Below are positions 24,996 to 36,000 of a stretch of 64,000 nucleotides of DNA, piece after piece. Made by a program: the position numbers and the translations under genes. The notes beneath the pieces were generated by a model that had not been told where the DNA came from, made no database searches, and saw only the letters and a list, made by a program, of their open reading frames with translations. This DNA comes from Macrostomum lignano. Lineage: Eukaryota. Numbering within the stretch: the first letter of the stretch is position 1; each line of letters begins with the position of its first letter. Location of the stretch: positions 291,201 through 355,200 of the forward strand of contig NIVC01001119.1 of assembly GCA_002269645.1 (NCBI GenBank), given 5' to 3'.

Positions 24996-25245
24996 AGCCA
25001 GTGCTGGATCATCAGCTGCAGCCAGTGCCGGACCATCAGCTGCAGCCAGTGCCGGACCATCAGCTGCAGCCAGTGCCGGACTATCAGCTGCAGCCAGTTC
25101 CGGACTATCAGCTGCAGCCAGTGCCGGACTATCAGCTGCAGCCAGTGCCGGACTATCAGCTGCAGCCAGTGCCGGACTATCAGCTGCAGCCAGTACCGGA
25201 CTATCAGCTGCAGCCAGTACCGGACTATCAGCTGCAGCCAGTGAC
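24996..25245. repeat. 24-bp repeat CAGCCAGTGCCGGACTATCAGCTG
   Basis: About 10 copies plus a stray partial copy at about 25425. Confidence 0.95.
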
Positions 25246-25480
25246 AGACCATCAAAACCCGGCCTAAACTTGCATGACATGTGGTTCTATTCTTAGCTAC
25301 TGAACATTTTACCATTTTAAATCGGAACATGTTACTATTTTTAACCGCAAAATTGTAACATTTTAAGTCTGAACATTTTAACTTTGTGAAAAATAGATAT
25401 AGAGAAAATAAAGCTTCCTGACTTTGTGCCGGACCATCAGCTTCGGGACTTTCTGCCGTATAGTCGTAAAAATCGCCTCC

Positions 25481-25620
25481 GCGCTTATGTCTCAGTCGTA
25501 AAAATGGGGCCTGCGCGCTTATGTCTCAGCCGTAAAAATGGGGCCTGCGCGCTTATGTCTCAGCCGTAAAAATGGGGCCTGTGCGCTTATGTCTCAGCCG
25601 TAAAAATGGGGCCTGCGCGG
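25481..25620. repeat. 34-bp x4 GCGCGCTTATGTCTCAGCCGTAAAAATGGGGCCT
   Basis: Four tandem copies. Confidence 0.9.
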
Positions 25621-25805
25621 TAAAGTCACTGTGGTTTTTGCGCGTGTGCCTCTGTGGCGCGCTTATTTCCACACTTGCCAAAAATACACATGTCACCCTC
25701 CCTTTCAGAATAGTACAATAGAAATTGCTCACTGGCACATAGAGTGGCGATTTTTCAATGTTGCCGAGTACATGCAGGTGTCCAATAATATAAGTAGCAA
25801 GAGAG

Positions 25806-26174
25806 TCAGTCGAGATTATCAGCAAAAAATCCCTGACCGGACGCGGACGCAGCGGCAGCCAGCAGGGCAGCCACCGCCAGCATGGTGGCAGCGATCGCGA
25901 TCAGGCTGACGCCGCAGGCCGCGTAGCCCAGCTGCCTGGCCCGCCCCAGCGCCAGCTCGTCGATGGGTCTCAGCACATCGTCGACTCCGGACCGTCTGTA
26001 CCAGGCGTGCGACCGGAGCGACAGGCAGACGGCCACCAACCCGAGCAAGCAATTGAAGAATACGGCGGTGAGAAGGGACACGCCCAGGAAGGTGACTGCC
26101 TGTGGATTGCCGATGTACCTGCTCTCTGTTGGGTTGGTGGCGGAAATTTGTCTGACCTGGTCTGCGCGACTCAC
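25806..26174 (-). CDS. Probable CD225/dispanin (IFITM/PRRT-like) membrane protein, terminal coding exon
   Basis: VSLLTAVFFNCLLGLVAVCLSLRS...ALGRARQLGYAACGVSLIAIAATMLAVAALL: two hydrophobic segments with the SLxxxxFxN-CxLGxxAxxxSxRS pattern of IFITM/dispanins. The upstream splice structure is ambiguous: candidate 57-nt exon around 26175-26231 and acidic exon 26824-27060. Confidence 0.55.
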   Translation of the reverse strand: MSRADQVRQISATNPTESRYIGNPQAVTFLGVSLLTAVFFNCLLGLVAVCLSLRSHAWYRRSGVDDVLRPIDELALGRARQLGYAACGVSLIAIAATMLAVAALLAAAASASGQGFFADNLD

Positions 26175-26823
26175 TCCGAGTTGAGAGGCCCGAGTGCGAA
26201 GACAAGTGAGAACAATTTGCTGTTGCTGCTTCTGCGGTGGGCAAGTGTGAAATTTAGATGTTGAAGAGTTTGTTGCAGGGAAACGATCGTTAATTTAAAT
26301 TTGGGGATGTCAACTCAAAGCTAAAGCGATGGAATGGAGCTTAGCCCGAAGTAGTAAAGCATCTGGGCCCAACACAGAATTTTTAGAAACCTTGAGAGTT
26401 CATGGATGGGACATTGATCTGTGCTTTATTAGACATCCCTTTGGGCGATCAGCACACTGTAGCCTGAATCTATAACAACTGTGACCTTGAGGAAGACTGT
26501 GACCTTTAGGATTTTTCTACATGTAGTAGCACCAGTTCGTGACCTTGAGAAGAATCACAAGACTGAATTTTCCAACGTGTAGCTCCTTCGTGACCTTCAC
26601 TATCCCACCACTAGACTTGAGATACGAGCGTAGGCTCTATGTAGCTCCTCTGTGACCTTGAGAAGAACCACACTAATGAATTTTCGTAGCTCCTAGCTCC
26701 ATGCATCTTCAGTTGAAAGACCGGCCATTTCTGTACCTCTGTTAGAGAGGAGAATTCTCACCGCATGGATGTGAAGTATTTCAAGATTTAGGCAAACAAT
26801 TACATAATGGAAGCTCTACTCAC

Positions 26824-27060
26824 CGCATGCAACGTACATGTATTTTGAACCCAATCCAAAGATCCGGCATCATTTTGCGAGTCCTCATCATCTTGATCGC
26901 TATCCATAGCGTACAACCAACCTCTTCTTGTTACATCGTTCAGCGCTGCCGACCCGGAAGACATTGAATCTGACGAGCCATAGCTCAGCTCGACTACCGA
27001 TGAGCTGCAAACAGCAGTGGCTGCTGTTTTATTCCCAAGGGTTACCGCGTCTCGTAGCAT
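26824..27060 (-). CDS. Candidate first coding exon (acidic, disordered N-terminus) of the dispanin-like gene
   Basis: ATG-initiated MLRDAVTLG...MDSDQDDEDSQNDAGSLDWVQNTCTLHA ending at a GCG|GTGAGT donor; I could not establish phase continuity to the downstream exon with certainty. Confidence 0.35.
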
Positions 27061-29575
27061 ACTTTTCTGTCCTTGTTAAAGACAGGAAATGTGGAAATCC
27101 CGTCTCTTTTTATAGCTACTGGGATATTTCCTTGCTTTTTTATACTCGTAACCCCCTGCAGGCAAAAAATCCCAAAATGAGAAAATTTCTGTTCTTTCAA
27201 ACTGAGAGAATTCTGGCAATCGAGTCTTCTTATTTATGCCTGACATGATTCGCATGGGGATTAGGCCGCCTATATGTATGTAAAGTTGATAATAACATGC
27301 ATGCAATTTACTTTCTCCTGGGAATTGGGCGAAATTGGTTGCAGATTTGCGTTCTAAAAGACAGGCTTAATTTTATCTTCCAATCAGTGATAAGTACTTT
27401 ACATAATATATTCATATTCATAAACTGCAATCGCGTTAGCATACTACGTGCATAATTGGAGTAAGCTTACATAAGCAAGCATTTTAGGACTTAGACTACA
27501 TAAACACAGAATTCGCTGCACCCAGACCCAGCTACTATTAGTATTATACGATTTTAGCGCCTAACCCGCAAATAAGCTCTTTATTTGGCGCCTGATCTAT
27601 TTGGCAACGCAAGTGACATCGAGAAGCTTCCATGATCTTTAGGCATTAAAAATGGCGCCCAAATATGTAGTACCATGTACATAACATATGCAATAAATAA
27701 ATCTTACAAATGTATTCAGTATTAGTATTACAAATGTCAGTATTACAAATGTTAGTACAAAAATGTGTAGCTAAGTCTACAGCCATCAGTAAACAATATT
27801 TCGAATTAGCTATTTTGATATAAAGAATAATGCTACTAATTTATTGACATAAAGCAGTTAAAGATAAACTAAATAAGGATATAAAATGTTCCACGTAAAA
27901 AATTATTCAGTATCCAGCTATGAAGTACAGCTTAATTGGCCTAATTTTATTTCCTACAGTGTAAATCAAAAAATTCATAATGTTATATTCCTTTGGATTT
28001 ACGCATTTCTCTAAATCTGATCAGAACGGTCAGATGTCGCACAAATTTAAAAAATGCTTACTTAGAAAGAATTTTCGTTATTCTACTGCGCAGTGCAGAT
28101 ACAGTGAATTTAATTGGACTGACGACAAAAGAGCTTACACTGACCAGTGACCTGTCCTAGCTTTAATTCTTATTCTTATGAAATATTGCAGAAAAGCTTT
28201 AAAATACCTATTTCAACCATAAAGCATGTTAAAATACGTTTAAAGTAAACCAAAGCAGTAAAATATATTTGGCCAATCTGGGTCAATCTCAATTAGTGTA
28301 ACATTTATATTTCTGTTTTTTAAATTTATAGCAGTCAATGAGTCAAGCTAATTTAGGCCTATTTTCTTTGATTTTGTTATGTAAATTTTTGCCATCCAGC
28401 ACAAGGACAACTACAAGGTCTATTCTGTGTAATCATAAATTACATAATAGCCTAGTGCTAAGTCCTAGACAGAATATTAAGTCAAAGTCAACAGATTTAA
28501 TATTGAATAATTGTATAACAGGCCTGCCTTATTCTAATCATTTTTTGTTTTATTCATTGACTAGCTCCTTTGACAAGAAAGTAAAACTATTCATTGGCTA
28601 CATTGATATGATAGCTACGCTGCCCTACACCTAGTGACCTAGTACTAGTAGCAGACAACCAATCATAAATTTTTTATTTAATTAATAAGCAATTAATTAG
28701 GTAGTTTTCCTTGCAAAAATTGCTAACTTAAGCCTAATTATAGTATATAGCCCCCCTTAGGTAGTAGCCTATTATGAAATTATATATATAGTCTGGATAT
28801 GCCTAATTTCTTATTACTTCGTTCTTGCTGCAGCTATTGACTGTCTTGAATGGCTGCATGTAGCAAGCCAATGCCATGTAGCTGCATGCAATTTGCTATG
28901 CACACTCAGCATGGGGCTACATATTGATAGAAATGGCCTTGCGCTGCACATAGTTTCAAAGGCCTATCTGCATAGGAATTTTCACCAAAAAGGGCCTCTA
29001 TGGCCCAAACCACTCAAATGGCATCAAACTTTGTACCAACCCTAAACTTACTAAAAATGTTTTAGGCTACCTTAAAATTTTCTAGGCCCTAAATCTACAT
29101 CTTTTTATCTAAAAGTGCAAGTACTAAGTATCAAATACTTAAAGTACCATTTTTACTATATCCTTTAAAGCATTGCTCTACTTTTACCTATTGTCTTCAA
29201 AATTGTTGTAAACAATCTTTAACTATTTAGCTAAAATCATGTAAAATTTTGAACCCTAAAGTTAATAAAGAATGGCACTGTACACTTTTAAATGTTAATT
29301 TGCTTTTTTTAATACACCAACCACCTCTCAATCTTCCCTATCTGGCTAGTGTATAAAAGGGGTTTTAAATTGACTAACTTTTGGCTATTATAGGTTTGCT
29401 TTATATGAAGCAATTGTTTTTCACACTTCACACAATTCTTCATTAACTGATTCTCTATCTGAATATAATATAAATCTCAACTTTGTAATTCAATTAGGGT
29501 GGAAACTATATATTAACATATGGGTAATTCCACGAGATGACGGTCGTTGGGTTGGAGCAAATAATAATCAGTAAT

Positions 29576-29747
29576 CATACATGCGCAACTTTGGGAATCA
29601 CCCGGCCGTTTCTATTGGCAACACACGCATGTAAGTCGCTATTGGCTGAGAGCAGTCACATGACTACTATTCCATCCAATAGCGACTTACATGTGTGTGT
29701 TGCCAATAGAAACGGCCGAGTGAATCCCAAGGTTGCGCCCAAGCATG
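29576..29747. mobile_element. 172-bp palindromic MITE, copy 1
   Basis: Long TIRs (about 65-70 bp) around a short spacer; 8-bp TSD TCAGTAAT on both sides; about 90% identical by eye to 62101-62272. Confidence 0.88.
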
Positions 29748-31989
29748 TCAGTAATCATACAAAAGACAAACTAAATTGAGACTTTGTGAGTTCTATATTT
29801 ATGGGCGTGACCTCTAGATTGAGATGATATACATTTTAAAGTCATTTGTCTTACTGTGTTGATTTAGCAGAGAGAAACTTTCAATGATGGTCGTTTTTGG
29901 TGAAATTTTATGTATCCAACTTTATAACTTAAGTTTAAGATTCCTGCGAATCAGGCAAGTTTTTGTCTCAATTGATCATTAATTGTAGTAAACAATAGCT
30001 AGATGAATGGTTACAAACAATTATTACATTTTAGTAGATAACTTGAACTGTGTTACACATTTTTTCTTAAATGACGGTCATTAACTGACAGTTGTTTGTT
30101 TCAAAAAAACAACCTTCAGTTTTAAAAAGTGTATTAGGATTCTCTATTTTTAGATAAGATCTCAGTTAAAAGATTGTTTATAATCCATAGTTGTTCATAT
30201 AAAAACTATAACTTGCTTGTCTAACCATAAAATTTATTATACCTATTTCACATTTCAGATCAAACGTACTTATGCACCTTCAACAAAAACATCACTTCAT
30301 GATTGCACAACTCAACATATGATCATAAAGATGGACAGTCCTAATCTATTCAAGAATTGAAAGAATAGAATATAACAATTAACAAAACCAAAGGCAAATA
30401 CAGATTATTTGTTAGGCAATAAGCAGTAGCACCAATGGATAGTAAAAACTTGAGTCTAGTTAGACTACTTATGCTGAAGATTAGGGCATGTGTTAAGGTG
30501 CATTGCAAACTAAAGTGGAGAGTTCTAGGTGCATGGTTAGTAATTGGAACAACCTTTTTGATAGTGCAAGTTGAAAATGATTTTAAGGTATCAAACAAGT
30601 AATTGACAGTATACATTTTTAATAAAAGACTTGAATTCCACTATATTTTTCTTTACAATCAAAACTGTAAAAACTTTGAAAGAGAGATTGAATAAGTAAT
30701 TCACATTTAAAAAAAGACATGATTTTAGAATATCAGTAAATTCAGTTTTTTGTATAAAATTTAGGAATAAATGATAGTAATTCAGGTTTTATGAAGATCA
30801 ACAGATTTCAGAATACCAGAAAATGATGGTCGTTAGGTAACTTTTCAGGGTTTTTTTAGCATGTTAAACTTATCATAAACTAACAAAAATGACTATAAAC
30901 TTAAATATAGGCTCAGAAAATATTTTAGCAAAAAATTATCAACTTATAAACCTCTTGAAAATTAGTACAACAACTTTTTGTAAAAAAAATGATGGTCGTT
31001 TTTAACACTTAAAAAAAGGGAAGTCAAACTTTTTAAAATAAAAAATGATGATAGATAGAACTATATTAGATCATAAAACTTTATAATTTCAGTCTTTAGA
31101 TATAAGAAAGAAAGATTTTTATTATTTATGCACTTGATGCATTATGTTTATTAACTTTTTTTCTTATTGAAAACTAGATTAAACTTTTTATAAAGTCCCG
31201 CGGGACATTTAAAATTTTGCAGGGGTACCATGATCAAAACAATATATATATACCTAGAGGTAGATAAATGTGTATGAAACTACATAAAAATGAAACTATA
31301 CATAATTATATACAAAATGAAATATTCACATTTGCAAATAATTTTTAAAAAAATTTCTATACCTTTGATGACCCTATCATGGAATAACCCATATAATGTT
31401 TATTTGGTTTTTCTAGTATTTATGCTACTTATCCTTTTATTTCCCTAGACCAAAAGGTTAGGGCTAAGTATACATAGCAATATAAAATGCTTTTGGAATA
31501 ACTTTGTTTATAGCCTTCTCTGCAACCTGAGACGATGCTGTTTAGCCATGATAATTTAGTAAGAAATTCTATCACTGTCTTCTATATAGACAACTTTGCA
31601 TTAATAGTAAATGATAAAGATGGCAAATCATGCCAATGGGGCATTGTTTGTAAAAGCAAAAAATTATTTAAAATGGCAATGCAACACAATCCTACTAAAT
31701 TAGTCACAACATGAAAATTTCAATACTAATTTTTACTTGAAGGTATTGTAAAATTTAAATGCCTCCAAAGAAGAGTAATAGGTTCTTTAATTGCTTCAGT
31801 GGAGCTGGAGCTACACAAATTCCTTTTAGGGCTGCAAATTGGCTAGAATGATGATATGATCAAAGCAGTCAAAGCAAACTCTTTCATGAGAGTAGTATGT
31901 CCCACAAACTGGCCTTCAAAGCAGGAGATGGCAGACTTTTACCTCAAAGGCCAGATAAAAAAACCAGCTCATGGCTGCAAGCCAGATGA

Positions 31990-32520
31990 GAGTGGAAAAA
32001 GGAAGGAATAGATGATTAAAAAAGATAGGAGAGGCAAGAAAGGGGTTGAGAAAAAAAGATAAGAAGATAAGAATAGAGAAAAGGGAGTGAGATGAGAGAA
32101 GGGAGAGAAGAGGGGAGTGAGATAAGAGAGGGAGAAAAGAAGGTAGTGAGATGAGAGGGGAGAGAAGAGGGGAGAGAGAAACAAAGGATAATTGGAGAAG
32201 AGGGGAGAGAGGAGAGGAGAGAAGATTTCAGAGAAAAGGGAGAATAGAGAGAGGAAATAGGAGAAAAGAGGGAGAAGAAAGAAGAAGGAAGAAAAGAGAG
32301 AGAGGGAAGAGAAGAGAGGAGTGAGAAGAGGGGAGAGAGATGACAGAGTAGAGAGAACAAAGAATAGAGGAAAGATGAGAAATCAGTGAAGAGAAGAGAG
32401 GAAAGATAAGAGAAGAGAGAAAAGAAGGAAAGGAGGAATGAAGGGAGAGAAGATAAGGTGAGAAAAGAAAGGAAAGTGGAGAGAGGAGATAGAACTTGAA
32501 AATAAGAGTGAGAAAAGAAT
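31990..32520. repeat. Polypurine (GA-rich) low-complexity tract
   Basis: Almost exclusively A/G on + strand. Confidence 0.9.
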
Positions 32521-33035
32521 AGAGAAGTTTCAAAGGACCTTAGTGATAGAGAAGATTTTTTTTCTGAAGATAGAGGCAGAGGCTAAAGGCCAGAGTTTGC
32601 CAACACATGCTTTAACAAAGATGTTGCCAGTCATTCCATGTGGCATTCCAGCTGATTAAAATCAAAACATGTTTCAAATCTTAATTTATTTAAGATTTGC
32701 TCCAGTTTTTTATTACCTCTCTCCTAACAAGTTTTTGTTTGAGTATTATTTCAGATTTAAAAATGCAGGCAAAAACAGTTCTAGGGATTGGAATTCAGTC
32801 AGAAATTTTCTATCGGGAATTTTTATGAACAGAAACAAGTTCAAGATTAAATGGAGATTGCTTCTCAAAATTTATATCTATTTATAATAAATAAGCTGTT
32901 TCATTTAAAATACAAAATCGCTATTAGTGTTATTATTGACTTGAGACATTTTAATACAGAACATGTGTAACCTAATCTCAGTCAGTTAGATTTTATAATA
33001 TAAAATCACTATGAAAAACTTGTTAAAAAGAAAAA

Positions 33036-36000
33036 ATGACATTCAATATTTTTCTGGCTTCTTCGGAAGTTCCAACTCTACCTCTAAGCGATTATGTTGG
33101 CTTTGACCAGCTGCCAAAGCAAGAGGTTCAAAAGCAACTTATTGCTGGCTTTGTCTTCAATATTTTGTGTGTTGGAGAGACTGGGCTTGGCAAGAGCACC
33201 TTGATGGAGACTCTGTTTAACAGAAAGTTCAACTTTACACCCTCATCTAATGATCACCCTTTGGTGAAGCTGCGCTCCAATACGTTTGGTAAGGGGCTCA
33301 GTCAGTCAGTCAGTCAGTCAGTCAGTCAGTCAGTCAGTCAGTCAGCCAGTCAGCCAGTCAGTCAGCCAGCCAGTCAGTCAGTCAGTCAGTCAGTCAGCCA
33401 GTCAGCCAGCCAGTCAGCCAGTCAGTCAGTCAGTCAGTCAGTCAGCCAGTCAGCCAGTCAGTCAGTCAGCCAGTCAGTCAGCCAGTCAGTCAGTCAGTCA
33501 GCCAGCCAGTCAGTCAGCCAGTCAGTCAGTCAGCCAGTCAGTCAGTCAGTCAGTCAGTCAGTCAGTCAGTCAAGTCAGTCAGTCAGTCAGCCAGTCAGTC
33601 AGTCAGTCAGTCAGTCAGTCACTCACCCAAGTCAGTCAGTCAGTCAGTCAGTCAGTCAGTCAGTCAAGTCAGTCAGTCAGTCAGTCAGTCAGTCAGTCAG
33701 CCAGTCAGTCAGTCAGTCAGTCAGTCAGTCAGTCAGCCAGCCAGTCAGTCAGTCAGTCAGTCAGTCAGTCAGTCAGTCAGTCAGTCAGCCAGTCAGTCAG
33801 TCAGCCAGTCAGTCAGTCAGTCAGTCAGTCAGCCAGTCAGTCAGTCAGTCAGTCAGTCAGTCAGCCAGCCAGTCAGTCAGTCAGTCACTCACCCAAGTCA
33901 GTCAGTCAGTCAGTCAGTCAGCCAGTCAGTCAGTCAGCCAGTCAGTCAGTCAGTCAGTCAGTCAGCCAGTCAGTCAGTCAGTCAGTCAGTCAGTCAGCCA
34001 GTCAGTCAGTATGTTAGTCAGTCAGTCAGCCAGCCAGTCAGTCAGTCAGTCAGTCAGTCAGTCAGTCAGCCAGTCAGTCAGCCAGTCAGTCAGTCAGTCA
34101 CTCACCCAAGTCAGTCAGTCAGCCAGTCAGTCAGTCAGCCAGTCAGTCAGTCAGTCAGTCACTCACCCAAGTCAGCCAGTCAGTCAGTCAGTCAGCCAGT
34201 CAGTCAGTCAGTCAGCCAGTCAGTCAGCCAGTCAGTCAGTCAGTCAGTCACTCACCCAAGTCAGTCAGTCAGTCAGTCAGTCAGTCAGCCAGTCAGTCAG
34301 TCAGTCAGTCAGTCAGCCAGTCAGTCAGTCAGCCAGTCAGTCAGTCAGTCAGTCATCCAGCCAGTCAGTCAGTCAGCCAGTCAGTCAGTCAGTCACTCAC
34401 CCAAGTCAGTCAGTCAGTCAGCCAGTCAGCCAGTCAGTCAGCCAGTCAGCCAGCCAGTCAGTCAGTCAGTCAGTCAGTCAGTCAGTCAGTCAGTCAGTCA
34501 GTCAGTCAGTCAGTCAGTCAGTCAGTCAGCCAGCCAGTCAGTCAGTCAGTCAGTCAGTCAGTCATTCAGTCAGTCAGTCAGTCAGTCAGTCAGTCAGTCA
34601 GTCAGTCAGTCAGTCAGTCAGTCAGTCAGTCAGTCAGCCAGTCAGTCAGTCAGTCAGTCAGTCAGCCAGCCAGTCAGTCAGCCAGCCAATCAGCCAGTCA
34701 GTCAGTCAGTCAGTCAGTCATTCAGTCAGTCAGTCAGTCAGTCAGTCAGTCAGTCAGTCAGTCAGTCAGTCAGTATGTTAGTCATCCTGAAAAAAACACT
34801 AAGATGCATATGAACAAAATATTTTATATAAAAAACTGCTTAGATCTGCAAGAGGGCCACGTCAAGCTGAAGCTGACCATCACGGAGACGAGTGGATTTG
34901 GTGACCAGCTGAACAAAGAGGACTCAGCCGCAGTCATATTAGACTATATTAATAAACAATATGATGCTTATCTGCGAGAGGAGATGAAAGCTAAGCGAGA
35001 TTTGCAGGCCTATCACGATACGAGGGTGCACGTGTGCCTGTACTTTGTCTCGCCCACAGGCCACTCGTGAGTAGTAATTAAATGAATAATTTGCTTTTTT
35101 TATTTTTTTCAGTCAAGATTTTCCTAACTATGTACATCTGGTGCTAAATGTACTTTAGTTCAGGTGTTACTATACTATGGTACATAGTAGTACTAAGTAT
35201 GGCGCATATGTGTAGTTTCTGGCCGATTTTATGTCTCAAATTACCGATTTTTTTGACCAAAATAACTTTCAATACCCTTGATTGGAACATTTTTTTCTCT
35301 CAGCCTAAAGCCCATCGATCTTGTGACTCTGAAAGCGCTGGACGGCCAGGTCAACATTGTGCCACTCATAGCCAAGTCAGATACCATTACTAAAGGCGAT
35401 CTGCAGAAGTTTAAGGCTCGGGTAAGAGTTCTATTACCTTTATGCATAGCTGTTATACTTGTGCATTGGTAGTGTGGCAGACTGTGCGCGCCCTGTTAAT
35501 AACGTTACCGTGACAAGAATCGCTAAATAGTTATTGCTAACAACTCACTAGTGACTCTAGCGACTCTGAGTCATGAACTCAGTCTCATAAAAATTCGTCC
35601 AAGAGTCGTTGTGTTAGCGCTTAACTTTCTACTTACTCAGTAGTTAAACTAAAAAGAATTGTTATAAATTCGAAATGCGAGTTGAATTGATAAAGTGGCA
35701 CAAATGCGCTTTAGACGCCACCCAGTGAGATTCTAAAGTTGCGACTTTACAGCTCCAGACAATTACCGTGAGATCTCGTCGTTTTAAGAGTCATCTAAGA
35801 GTCACTTCTTTCCTATTTTACCCGTGTGTTACCTGCAACAACACAAGCGCGCGGATACGTACGCAGTCATACGCGCTGGCACACACTCACACAGGAGTGT
35901 ACAGCGACGGCCCTGACTTTATTTATCGTTAGGCATGTACACTTCACGGGTACACGGGTTGGCCTTCAAGGGCGTTGATTGAACGAGCAGAGCCAAGCCG

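Noticed and set aside
24944-25267. QPVPDYQL repeat protein
   Set aside because: A 24-bp tandem repeat open on both strands, with non-ATG start and no splice or homology support.
33286-34781. SQSV-polymer ORFs (581 aa and 243 aa)
   Set aside because: (CAGT)n microsatellite in septin intron 1; the real CDS leaves at donor 33289.
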